Assembly (NCBI RefSeq): GCF_000143415.4
Contig: NW_003314317.1
Coordinates: forward strand, 602,296 to 666,295
From: Selaginella moellendorffii
Lineage: Eukaryota; Plantae; Lycopodiophyta
Direction of reading: 5' to 3'
DNA length: 64,000 nt
The position numbers were made by a program, and so were the translations under genes. Shown one piece after another: positions 11,536 through 24,320 of the stretch. A model generated the notes under the pieces. That model saw nothing but the letters and a program-made list of their open reading frames with translations, was not told the DNA's origin and made no database searches. Each line of letters starts with the position of its first letter. Position 1 is the first letter of the stretch.

Positions 11536-13735
11536 AACTCTTTGTCATTTTGGTCATGCTTTCGGGGTTCCTTTAGCCTACGACACCTCGGCGAGTTGGT
11601 TCCTTACACATAGCCTCAAGGTATCACACCTTGGCACATTTGGTGTCTCCACACCATTGGCTTCACGAGCCTACCTCTATGACACTTCTTCTTTGTGTCT
11701 AAGTCTCTGCCAAAACCAATACCACTCTTTCTCATGCCAACCATTTGTTAGCACTGCACCATAGAGATCACACACAACTTTGTGTCAAAGTTGTTTTCTT
11801 TTTGGGAACACCTTTCCCACTACTTTAGCATGGCACATTTTGCTATCGATGAAATACCCTCTGTTCTCATCCTTGGATCCTATGATCCCCCCCCCCATCC
11901 TTCGTGGGGTACAACACACCTCAGTCCAAATGCTTCAATCAGTCCTTTTAGGACCATTCCTTGACTCTACTTGAGTCATCCAGCAGTTTTGGACTTGGTT
12001 AATCCATAGACCCGTAAGGCCCCACTTGTGAGGCACTAGCTCACTGGAATACACTTCCTGCATTCCTGTCCTACTCAGAAGGACTATTTTCACAAGTGTT
12101 ACTCTGACACTTGTTTTTGTTCTCTAGGGCAACCTCTGCCCCTTAGGACTACTTGTCCATGTGATGAGAATACCAACTCATCTCTAAGTACACCCCCCAA
12201 CTCCTTGGGTTGTTCCAGCATTTATTAAAGGTAGCCCCGGCTACCATTTCAAGGACTTGAGTCCTCTTCCGTATTTGACCTCCCACGGTCATTACTTCTG
12301 GTCTCACATTCATGAGCACCAACCTCAACTATATGAGGATAATCTTGTGACTCCCTTATTGCTTTGGAGTCTTTATCTTTCCTGTGATCCCAACTTTAGT
12401 TGTTTACCACAACTACATTAGCCATTTACTGAGTCAAACGCTCATCTGGATCACATCCTCAACTCTTTGAGGAAAACCATATACTATTCCCCAGATCCCA
12501 AAGTCGTTCCCTTATCGGCCCCTTTTCTATCCACCACATCGCGCCCAAGTCACGCATGAACTTGAGTGGAGAGCCATGTCCTCTCGGCATGCTACTCCTC
12601 AAGGATAAGCCCACTCCTAAGACCTTCCAATGCCAATATCAATGGTGATATACTTGAGCACCAATAAAATTCGGACTAAGGAACAGCTCCAATACCAAAT
12701 TGTAAGCGACTAAATTTTCCATTTTACTTTAGTCACTTAACCGCACCTCCGACCACTTGGAGGAGTCTCACTCACAACCTCCGTAAGTCCTATTTTGGAC
12801 TTGGGCTTACTAGCCCCGAGAGTGGCATCCCTACCACTCAACTTCGTGCACTTGGTCCAAGTGCTCCACGTGTCCGATCCCATGACCGACACCCCAAGGT
12901 ACCACCAACATATCAGCCTGTTACGCTAAGGCCATGCCTATTCACCTTGGTCACAACGATGGTCTGACACCACCTACATCCCAGTCCCGTCACTCAAAGA
13001 CTGGGCCATCCATCCATGAGTGATCATCCCAGATCCACTCCTTAGCATCCTTAGGATGCCCACCGACATGGGATTAGCCTTCCCCAATATCTCCGTTCCA
13101 GTCCCCACTAAGTCCCTTTTCGTCCATGGCTGTGTTCGCCAACACTGCCACTGGATCGAGGCCCACAGGCCCGACCACTAAGTCCCACAGTCCTCTGGGA
13201 CTTCCTCACCACTCGACTGTGTCCTTGGTCACTACCCCAGAGGACTGCTCCTCTTCCTTTCCAAAGTCTTTGCCTTTGGGACAACATTTCGGAACACCGT
13301 GGCCTTACACGAGCCACCTGGGTACTCTCCCCGCCTTCCGCCCTTGGGTGCTCTAGCCATGGGCTTAGAGCGAGGTTCCGTTGAGCCACGCCTGGTATCC
13401 AAGTAGGTAGTGCCACCCACACTTGGACTGGGAGCATCGGCTAGTCGATCTCCCGGGGGAACTAGAGCCGGCTCTTGAACACTTCACCAAGCTACCCCGC
13501 TTGTCGGTCCGTGTTCACTTTAATTTGGGGCTTCCCAGGGGGCAGCCCCTCCCCCAAACCTGGGTTGGGCCTTCCGGGGCCAAAAGGGCTTTTTCTGGCC
13601 AAAAGGGGTCCCTGGGGGTCCAAACCCCAAACTTTCCCTATAAAATTTTTGGAAACCCCGGAAGGCCCCCCCCCCCCCCCCCCCCCCCCTGGGGGACGAT
13701 CGCTTTGGGCTTTCACCCAACTGCCTGTATTAGTA

Positions 13736-13789
13736 TTCGGACTCGGACTCGGACTCGGACTCGGTCTCGGTCCCGGATTCGGACTCGGA

Positions 13790-13820
<31 letters not shown>

Positions 13821-14250
13821 CCGGTCTCGATTCCATCTCGGACTCCATCTCAGACTCCATCTCGGGTCCATCTCGGACTCCATCTCGGGTCTATCTCGGA
13901 CTCCATCTCGGGTCCATCTCGGACTCCATCTCGGGTCCATCTCGGGTCCATCTCGGACTCCATCTCGGACTCCATCTCGGGTCCATCTCGGGTCCATCTC
14001 GGACTCCATCTCGGACTCCATCTCGGGTCCATCTCGGACTCCATCTCGGACTCCATATCGGACTCGACTTCGGGTCCATCTCGGACTCCATATCAGACTC
14101 CATATCGGACTCCACTTCGGGTCCATCTCGGACTCCATATCGGACTCCATCTCGGACTCCACTTCGGACTCCACTTCGGGTCCATCTCGGACTCCACTTC
14201 GGGTCCATCTCGGACTCCAATTCGGGTCCCCCTCGGACTCCATCTCGGAC
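13736..14250. repeat. Hexamer/12-mer satellite (CTCGGA-CTCCAT, CTCGGG-TCCAT), preceded by a poly-C run at ~13666-13689
   Basis: About 500 bp of tandem CTCGGACTCCAT-type units, which generate spurious SR/GL/MESE-repeat ORFs. Confidence 0.95.
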
Positions 14251-14493
14251 ACTTCCACGTGTCATGTGTTGGTCCTTTTTGGGTCCCTTTTTGGAGCTTT
14301 TCTTATTGGTTGCCTCGTGCTTGCTCCTTGAGCACTTTGTTGGGAGTTCCACTCCCGCTCTCGACCTTCCAAGTCGGAGCTTTTAGTCCAAACATGTTAT
14401 GCTCGTTTGGCTTTCGCTTCCGCCACTACCACGTGGCACCCTTTCCAGCTCCACTTTGGGGGCCTAGGGATTTTGTGTCTCACATAATATTAG

Positions 14494-14623
14494 CATAGTG
14501 GGATTTTGGTAGCCGTCGGATTGGTTTCAATCTAGACCACTTGCTCCTGTATATAAGCTAGGGTTTTTGGGCTAATGGATATGCACATTTCTGTATTCCC
14601 TTTCCATATTCCATGCACTCACA
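14494..14623 (+). repeat. ~120-130 bp short-LTR-like unit; further copies at 19861-19976 and 20053-20181
   Basis: All three share GGGATTTTGGTA...ACCACT...TATATA...TTCCATGCA(C/T)TCACA. The copies at 19861 and 20053 have TG...CA ends. Confidence 0.6.
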
Positions 14624-15384
14624 AAACATATTTAAAAATTATAATATTTCAATTGATCAATTGGATTAATAAATAAAACTATACATAATAACACTGCAAA
14701 CCCAATATAATTTTTATGTTTGGTCACTATACCATCAATAGTCAATGTAAAATCAAATACCTCCAATCAAATTTTATCTCATATGCAAGCACTTTGAGAC
14801 TTTCATACAACATCCTTCTTGAACATCTTTTTAAATTTTAATCTCCTTTGGTGACCCACATTAAACAAAAACTTTGATTAGATGAGCATTCTTAATTGAA
14901 ATAAAATGACATTTTGCAATCTTAGCCCTATATGGCATGTCAAAGTTAAAGAGATTAGCATACTTTTTGAGCTAGTTAATTGTTACAACATTATGATTGT
15001 TCAAGGGATCTGAAGATGGGAATAAAATATCAAAAACAAAACACAATAAAAAGTATGAAGGAGATTAAAATGATGGAAGTAAAGGGAGTGAAATAAAACA
15101 AATGGCATGGGTTTTTTGCTCACTAGAAAAGATAGTATTAAGTCTTGTCTAAAGGGCTCCTTGCTCAATACAATAAAATCTATCAAGTGTTATGGTAAGG
15201 TGAACCAAGTTGGACATAGAACAAAGACAAGCATGCAAGCAGAAGTTACACTATGCTTTAGATTGGTCAATCATACCCAACCTACCCATTATCCCCACTA
15301 TACATTTGGAACCCCTATAGCCTCCCCCCCTTGAAGAACACACACTTTGGGCTTAAGCCTCCCTTAGTATCAAGAATTAGTCTC

Positions 15385-17576
15385 TAGGACAAGCTTGAAG
15401 CTTACTAAGTATGGAATGACCTTAGATTGCGAATTTAGACACGGGACGAACACCATTATATTTAAAACAATTTCTACATTCTATAGATATGCCAAATGAA
15501 CAAATCTAAACACTTTCCATAAATAGCATTTGAGACCAGAATGAAACTAACACAAAGGGCATGATAAGCTATCATATAGCGATTATTGAGAGACCAAGCT
15601 CAATATTGCAGGGGTTCCCAACACTAGCAAGTGTAAGTGAACATCATGAATTTCTCGTCACCATATATACTTGACTAAATGACAATTTAGGATTTCCTTC
15701 CTTAGTGCCCTTAGGAATTCTGTTTTTATGCTCGTCTGGTTTAAATACACTCGAAATGTCCAATTAACTCCACTAGCACAAGAGGGATTGATAAAGGGTC
15801 TAGCAATACTTACCTCCTGCCGTCGTGGCAGTAAGTAAAGAGTGTCCGTAAGGACTAGATAATAGGTAACTTTCAATACCCGAAATCACATTTGCAACAC
15901 TACTAAACAATCCCATTTAGAATACAATTAACTCAACTTGCTACTTAGTTCATTTGAACGTCAATACAATTGTTAATTAGAAAATGCACAAATGCCAATA
16001 ACACAAAGCTACAACTAAATCATCAACACTATCTTTATCAAGACTAATGAAACTCAATATCAATCATAAGGAGAGACATCTCACTTCACTCAAATCTCAA
16101 TACCAATAATGTCAATAATAATGCATCGCTTTAATGCCATCAACACAATAATAAAGCTAATAGAAAGCATGAGTGAATCACTATTCAAATCTCTCTAACA
16201 ACCAAACTAACCAAATTCGAAGATACCTTAATTAATATCTGAGACCAATCTTTCAACAATACTTTGTTTTAGATAACACATCATCAAGAAGTGATTCACC
16301 ATATCTAAAACTCAATGAAATTTAACACTATAGACTAAATGCAACCAAATAATATCGATAGAGGTAGAGTTGATATGCCAATATGGAAAACCCATATAAG
16401 TTTAATGATACAATGCTCCACAATACCATCTGGTAAAACAAGCCTATCACCAATAAAAATTCATTGAGTGAGGCAAGTGTTAACAATCCTTGACAAAGTG
16501 TATAAACAATCACTAAATGCAAAGCAATTAGCAATCACTCTTCAACTTGCTTTCACAAGACCCAAATACTAAACTCATGTCATTGAGTCACATACTTGTG
16601 CAACATGAACGTAATACCTTAGATACAAGATATAGAAATATGAACAAGCATGAACTAAATGACCACTCGAATCCAACTCAACCGTAATAAGCTCACTAAT
16701 GCATTTAGCCAATAGCTCTAAGCATGCTTTAAAGAGGTTAGCTATGCATAATCAATACTTAGTTGAAACTAAAGTGAAGACCATGAGATGGACCTATATT
16801 AATACACAACCTCCTCATAGATAAAGCTATAGGATGGGTACCAATATCTCAATCTTAAACAACTAAATTGGACATCACCATCCTCAACCAAGGCACAAGG
16901 CCACCAAAACCAAGTCAAGATTAATGAAAACTCACTACTCTCATAGAGTTTAATGAAATGTAAAATGCAATCTACTACCAAGCATAATACTACAGAAGAA
17001 AGGCACAAGATCACCCTTCCTAAAAAAATGCAACGACCACTTTTCTACACCAACTTTAGACTCTATCCAATTTAATTGCCTTAGCCCCAAAAGTTAAGAT
17101 CCCTTTCAGGTTACAACATACATACTAAGGTCTAAGCTAACTAAAGTCAACTTCAACCTTTTCACTAGTTTGTACTAGCTTATAAAAACAGAAAAGTTTT
17201 CGGACAAAATGATTAACAGATCAGCTATTGGAAAAGTCTAAGAAAATTTGTGGGAAATTCCATCCTAAAGAAAGAATGACTCTAAGTCCAAGAATGCAAA
17301 CTTTCAAGACTCAACCAACTTCCTCCTACTAACAATTTCAAATAAGTTCACCTCAACACCAATTCTTATGATCCATAATATGCTTAAGCCTCGAACATTA
17401 TGCTCATATTTCTGACATCCAACACCGACATCCGTAAAATGCAAAATGAATATCTAAGACTTGACCACGAAGACCATATCTTCGGATATCTATATTGCAT
17501 TAACACTCTTCTTCAACCACCTTCAAGATCCAATGGAAGCTAAAACACTAACAAGAAAATGACATTGAAAATCAAG
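15385..17576. repeat. Unclassified decayed dispersed repeat; 15385-15900 recurs at 19332-19850 and ~16000-17570 recurs at ~62385-63945
   Basis: Collinear matches, e.g. taggacaagcttgaa..ttactaa at 15386 and 19332, and catcaacacta..taatgaaactcaatatcaatc at 16021 and 62401. No intact ORF. Confidence 0.85.
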
Positions 17577-17789
17577 NNNNNNNNNNNNNNNNNNNNNNNN
17601 NNNNNNNNNNNNNNNNNNNNNNNNNNNNNNNNNNNNNNNNNNNNNNNNNNNNNNNNNNNNNNNNNNNNNNNNNNNNNNNNNNNNNNNNNNNNNNNNNNNN
17701 NNNNNNNNNNNNNNNNNNNNNNNNNNNNNNNNNNNNNNNNNNNNNNNNNNNNNNNNNNNNNNNNNNNNNNNNNNNNNNNNNNNNNNNNN
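17577..17789. other. Assembly gap (213 N)
   Basis: Run of N. Confidence 1.
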
Positions 17790-20700
17790 ACTTAGGATAA
17801 TGGATCACCATTGAGAATCTAGTCAAAGCTATTCCAATGCTATTACATGCAAGTAAACTAGCTTCACTATCAATCATTTTGGGGTTGATCATCGAATAAC
17901 CAAGCAACTTCGTAAACACATTGTTCATTATCACATAGATATGATATAAGTATCACAATGACTTAATCATCAATTAAGAAACACCACGAGCAACACCTAT
18001 ATCATTACTTCAAAGGTTTATATAACTATCAAGTGCCAATTCAATACGATAAAATGCAACATAAATGCCACATTCCACCAATAGAAATTTACAACACCCA
18101 ACACTATTAACTTTTGTTCACAACATGGACAAGCTCATGCCACTCTCTTTTCGACTAAACTCAAAACTAATCCAACATCAAACTACTCAAGGAGCAATAG
18201 CAAGGTTCTTCAGAAAAGAATTAAATATTGCAACCCAAGTCTTTCAATAGTAAGCCTAGACAAAATGGTTTAGCGCTTCATTGCTATCCATCCCAAAACT
18301 CACCATTTATAAAACAATTATAACCAAGATGCATCAAAATAGAAACTCTTGATTGCATAATGTGAACACGGGTAATGAGTTAACATATCATTACAAATCA
18401 TCTCTCCAAAAAGAGAAGATAATTTATGTGTCTGATCCTTCATTTCTGATGATTCTTTTTTCGATCTCATCTTTGACTAAACCTTAAGCTTATGTTTGCA
18501 CTACCTTCAGTCCAATCCAAGAAAAGTTTATGAGAGAGCACAACAATGACTACTTGAACCAATAGACTAATCCCTACAGTCTTTATTGACCCACTTATAA
18601 TCATGCCTAGGAAGGATCCACTAGTGCCGTGCTAAATAGCTATAGACCAGCCTATTTACCACTCAAAGCAAACCCAAGGGAGGTTTTACTTTCACCCATG
18701 GTACATGGAACAACTCATGGAACCACCAATAGGTTAACATTAATCCTGCTAACTCAAAGTGTAACCTCGAGTTGCTAATGCACCTCACTCACGAGCCCAA
18801 GCAAACTTATGTTAATATGCCTCATTCATGAGCCCAAATGTAAACTCATGTAAATAGAGCATCTTAGTCCATCTTATGAGCCCAAGAGCAAATGGTATAA
18901 AAAGGTAACCAAAATTTATACCCAAGGAACAATTACGTAGCCTTTGCACTCAAATGTGTACTCACTCAGATTATCATTTTCATCTCTACATAACGAGACT
19001 AATTGCCCAATCTTATTGAATAGTACTCGTTGAGACTCTACCTCAGATACCAAATGTAGCACACATAGTTTTTACCCTTTACCCTATGGTGATTTTCCAT
19101 AGAATAACCACGAAGTGGAACATAAACCTTTATGTGCCATGTGTTATATGCCGTATAACACATGCCACATGTCCAATGGACAGTGGTGCGAAACCCGAGC
19201 TTCAAGGCCTTGGACCATTGAATGAAGGAATGGAATTAAACTCCTAAGCATGGGGCTAAGGAGCAACGGAATCAAATGGATGCTCTAGGATTGTTCCAAG
19301 TTACTTCGTGCTCCTGTCCCTTTGCTCCAATTAGGACAAGCTTGAAACTTACTAAATATAGAATGTCTCTAGATTACGAATTTAGACACAGAATGAACAC
19401 CATTGTATTCAAGATAATCTCTACATTCCATAGATATGCTAAATAAACAAATCTAAATACTTTCTATAAATAACATTTAGGACTGAAATGAGACTAACAC
19501 AAAGGGCATGATAGGAAAGGTGTTTGGCAGACACAATAAGCTATCATCTAGCAAATATTAAAGGACCAAGCTCAATATTGCAGAGATTCCCAACATTAGC
19601 AAGTGCAAGTCAACATCATGAGTTTCTCGTCACCGTGTTAAGTATGGTTGACTAAATGATAACTTAAGATTTCCTTTTTTAGTGCATTTCCAGTTTAAGT
19701 GCACATGTGATAACCAGTTTTTCAACTAGTTTAGGCGAAGACTAATAAAGGATTCAGCAATACCAACCTCCTACTGTCGTGGCAGTAAGGAAAGAATATC
19801 TGAAAAAACTAGCTAATAGGTAACTTTTGATACCCAAAGTCACATTTGTGGCAATATTAATGTAGTGAGATTTTAATAGCCATCAAATTTGTTTTCATTT
19901 ATACCACTCACTTTTGTATATAAATTATAGTTTTCTGGTTAATCATTATATATTCCATTTATTCCATACACTCACAATATTATATATATATTAATAATAT
20001 TAATAATTTAACAAAATAATAAATTAATTTGTGAGGTACAAGTTAATGCTATTGTAATGGGATTTTGGTAACTGTTATATTGCTTTCAATCCAAACCACT
20101 CACTTATATATATAAATTCAAGTTTTGGGCTAATTAATATGCATATTCATGTATTCCATTTCCATATTCCATGCATTCACATTAGTGGAGTTATCCTTAA
20201 GGAGTGCTTAGATTTGAGATTTTGGTTTAGATTTATCTTTTACATCATTTAAATCTCACTTTCTTTATAACTTTTTAAATTCCTTCTCTTTTACTTTTTT
20301 TCCTTTTCATTCATCTTCATGGGAGAGCAGTAGCCTCCTCCTCCTTTGACCAGCAAGAGTTGATGTAGTTACTTGATGCTATCTAGTTGCAATTGAATAA
20401 TTAAATGCAATTGATAGTAGCATTCATGGTGTGTGGTATAACTCTTTTTGCTCTTATTGCCAATCCTTATGGAGTTCTTCTGTAGGGATGATGTGTACCA
20501 TTGATTTAATCACTTTATGGTGATTGCCATTTATCATTCTAAAGATAATGCTCGGCATTATTGTGAGTTTCTCATATATCTCTAAATGATAATATTGCAA
20601 TAGTATAATGGTTTGAGTGTAGCCACTCTTGTCAACTGTTGTTTGAGTTGGTAATGCAATTTAGTGTTTGCTTCTTGAGCCTCTTGCTTCGTGTGGAACT

Positions 20701-21693
20701 AAATATGTTAAAGCAGATCAAGTTGGAAATGTTATGGTCAACATTTCATCAAATAAGATTTGCACATATATAAGAAAATAAAGAAAATGACTTGAGAGAT
20801 GATTCGTAAAGTTCAAATATAAAGAAAAAGAGCCTATGAATAAAGTGCATCCCATTTTCCAATAGGTTAAGGGTTTTAGGATATTTAAGATTAGCATCTT
20901 TGGGTTTAAATAGTATTAAGTTAGGTAACTAAATTCAAAAGATTACATTTGGTATTAAAAGGGTCTTAGATTCAATTTAACTAATTGGCTAGGGGAATCA
21001 CACTATATATTATGCACATTGGAACATTTTATTGGATATCTTAAATGTGCATTTAGACATGATGATGATTAATGCCTTCCAACAATTGTATTCTTTATTT
21101 GGTCTGGCTTGACTAGCTCTTGGCTTCTATTTAGGAGGGTGTCAACTTGTAAAGAGTATAATAAATTATAAACAACTAAAAAGAACAATTCAAAAAACAA
21201 TCTATAAAAATTCAAATATAAAAAAAAATGGCCTATGAATAAGAAGTGAGACACAAATCTGAGCCCCAAAATGGAGCCAAAAAAGTGCCACATGGCAATG
21301 GTTGAAGTGAAAATCCAACAAGTGTAACACATTTGAATCAACAAAAAAATAAAAATAAAAAAGAAAGTATACCCCCTCCTTTAGCCTTGAATATATTCTA
21401 TTTCAATCTTCACAAAGAAGTAATCCATAATCCCTCTCAATCACAAGATCAACAATGTGCATCTCTTTGATAAAGAAATCCATTTAGCATATCCTAAATA
21501 GCTTCTTCCATCTTGACAAAACCGATGATCCTAAAGCAACTTTAGTTGAGAAGTCTTGTGGGTTTAGGGTTTAGGTTTAAACCAAATAATAAAATCAATT
21601 TATATAGATTTATATATTTATTAATATTATTATTATCACTTAATCCTAACCGTAATACATACCTGGGAATTCATAAAAACTTCATACCATAAC

Positions 21694-22157
21694 TCTATAC
21701 CCTTTTGCACTCAATTCCATAAGATCTGCAAAAATTGCATCTTGACTCTCCTGCCATAAGCAAGAATAGTTTCGCCAATCATAGTCAGTTGTGTCACTAG
21801 TTTGGTCTACCGATTCCAATACTTTTCCTTCTGGAGAGACCTACAAATTTCCGACCTCAAGAAAAGAAGATAAAAGAAAAACAGTTGAAATCCTACCTTC
21901 TGGACCAAATACCTCACATATACATGCTCCTCATCATCCCACAGAAAGAGAGCCAGAGCCCTCATACCCTTTCCATCGGGAGGAAAGTATTGCCCTCCTT
22001 TGACAACCCAGCCCTGAACATTTTCTATTTCAATCTTCACAGGGAAGTAATCCCTCTCAGTCACAGGATCGACGATGGGCGTCTCCTCGACAGAGAAATC
22101 CACCACATACCCGGGATGTTTCAACCGCATCAGCATGCTCCGGATAGCTTCTTCCAT
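21694..22157 (-). pseudogene. Orphan gene family copy 1 (MEEAIRSML...DPVTERDYFPVKIE...), likely disrupted
   Basis: ATG at 22157; close paralogue at 27628-28151; premature stop at 21807-21809 where copy 2 has CAG; a third decayed copy lies at ~21365-21545. Confidence 0.55.
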
Positions 22158-23149
22158 CTTGAAAAAACCTAAAGCCGACCCTAAAGCAATTGAGGGCGAA
22201 AGGCTGAAAAATACAAGCGCTCCGAATCATGAGCACACCGTAGCAACGGTCCGGGCATCGCGCTATTGCAGGCATCTTGTCGAGGGTATTCCCGGGTCCT
22301 TGAGAATTCCAGAATGGAGTCTTGGGGCTTATATACAAAGAGAAGGTGCTAGAAGATGTTCGATTAAGTTCCACGACCATGCGGCAACTCGGTGACACGG
22401 ATGGATGGAGAGCTCTGGCCAAGCAAATATCTCAAAAGCTTCACCCGACCGTAAGGAATACAGCAACTGAGGAACTAATGGTTATCTTCCTCTTCTTCTA
22501 GCTTAACTAACACTTATCTTCTTCTTCTCGGTGAACTAACGGTTATGTTTTTCTTCTTCTAACTGCGATCTGACATTTCCAATCCATCATACCTTCCATC
22601 CATTTTACTTTCAATAGACCTTAATGCTTCGAAGATACAGTTCCAACACGTAGCCTTTTCACTGCTTGTAGTATGACAAAGTATGTTAGTGTAGCTGCTG
22701 GAGTTAGAGATTGAGACTTACCCTCACTAGAACCAGACAATCATGCAACACTTCTTTGAGAACCAGATGATCCTGTAAGAATGTATTGTGGTAAAAATTC
22801 CTTGAATCTATGAACGCGCTTACCTCTGATGCTTGCTGAACTCCCTTGTTTTGTAATTGGCTTGGAAGCGATGAGTGGCGAGCGTATAGACGCCTCGGTT
22901 TTGAACCTATACATTGATCCTGAGCTACAACAAAGTAAAGAAAAAGGATAACTAGCACATCCACAGCTTTGGTAGTTTTCAATTCAAGTGAGTCAATGTT
23001 TTGGCTGCTGGTGATGCTCCTGTAAGAATGTTGAAGTTCTGAAATCTACAGTGAACAAGCTTACCTCTGATGCTGCTTGAACTCTTGGAAGCAATGAGTG
23101 GCACCACCTCGGTTGTGTCCCTGTACATTGCTTTTGAGCTAAAGCAAAC

Positions 23150-24320
23150 CATAGCAAAAGGATTGAAAGCCTTTTCTTGTTCTTTGATGCTCTGGACCTT
23201 TTCCGCAGAAGAATCCCTGGCCGAAGCAGCTTCCTCCTAGAAGACGAGTAAAGAACTAGAGCAGAAAGAGCTAAAGATGAGAGGATTACCTCTTTGTCAA
23301 ACAATGCAACCTTAATGTTCAGCGCGTTTCTTTGCACTCCTCGCCTCGCATACTGGAAGGAAAAGTTACCCGACTTTGCACTTTCAAGTGCCTTTTTGAA
23401 CTTCATTCCACCAAAGTCGATGTTTCTGCTGCCGTCAATGACGCACAAATCCCCTCCACATTCCAGATTCTCAACACAAGCTTGAGCAAAGGCGTCGAGA
23501 CCCAAAGAAAGAGCTTCTCCCACACTTGCTCCTTCCCCATGGTTCTGTCCTCCAACCGGCTGTGTAAGAATCATTCGTGCTTGTCGTGCTCCAGAACCAA
23601 TGACCAACACTGATTGCTCCTTCGTAAGCGCTGTTGCCTTAAATCCGTTGCCTTCATCACCAGGGTGTTCTCATCATAGACGAAGAAAGATGCAATGAAG
23701 TTGCCATCTGTGCTTGAGAATAGGTCTGCTTTCTTCATTAAGAACTTGATTGCATCATGATGTGTGAACTCCTTCTTGCTCAGCTTCACTTGCAAAAGCT
23801 TGATGAGTTGATGACACGCAGCTACTTTCCCAGCAAAGCCAACTCGAAGTCTTGGCTAACTTCCATCACCTTCAGTTGCAGTTGTCAAGGAATCAAAGAG
23901 AACCAAGAATCCTTGCTTGCAAAGTAGTGCTAGCCCAATAGTTCCTACACAAGAAACAAATAATAAAACCAGAAAATCTTGCTTTTTGAGGGGAGTAAAA
24001 TGAATGCTCACCATGCTCTATGAGCTGACTTTGCTGGCTTGGAATAGAGATGGATATGATCTTGTGCCCCAGAAGAAATCTCTCCACCTCCTCAAGGAGG
24101 GGCTTGAATCCTGCACGAGAAAAAAAGAACTTGTAAGTCCTACATCATAGCAAGTTTTAGAATCTATGCACTCACCTTTGTGGGGGCAGCAGCCAATTGG
24201 ATGTATGCTCACAAAACTTGAGAGTTCCATTGACAAACTCACTTCACCAGCGCAGCTCTCGATTGCAAAGCAAGCAATCTCGTCGGCTCGAGTTTTCCCC
24301 TTATGAGCGGCACTGGCAAC
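23150..24320 (-). pseudogene. Divergent proteasome beta-subunit-like (Ntn-hydrolase) pseudogene, copy 1, with upstream sirtuin-derived exon
   Basis: Spliced reading ...SQLIEHG|TIGLALLCKQGFLVLFDSLTT..*PRLRVGFAG...VIGSGARQA...ECGGDLCV. Stop at 23856-23858 and a frameshift near 23600. Inverted paralogue of 29715-30860. Confidence 0.7.

Larger units (their letters stand above)
10735..14490 (-). mobile_element. Decayed LTR-retroelement remnants (Ty3/gypsy-like): LTR-like blocks 10735-~11570 and 12701-~14490, degenerate tRNA-Met PBS at 12686-12697, gag-like remnant between
   Basis: Both blocks begin TGTAAG..aaatttt(t)cc and share the ...GCTTTGGGCTTTCACCC...GTATTAGTATT(C/T)GGACT + satellite segment. 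The minus strand after ...CTTACA reads ATT-TGGTATTGGAGC (cf. Met-i PBS TGGTATCAGAGC). Minus-strand fragments GAMWW and YGRGLK resemble retrotransposon gag. Confidence 0.5.

Noticed and set aside
11243-11557. SDSISD-repeat ORFs
   Set aside because: Same satellite artefact.
13423-14386. Long 150-300 aa ORFs with RS/GL/MESE repeats (SR-protein-like)
   Set aside because: They are translations of a stop-free hexamer satellite, open in several frames on both strands.
17559-17934. ORFs containing X runs
   Set aside because: They span the N gap.
22471-22565. Three ~31-bp tandem units (AACTAAC/TGGTTATCTTCTTCTTCT), and a 24-bp direct repeat at ~28192-28249
   Set aside because: Short local slippage duplications with no evidence of function.
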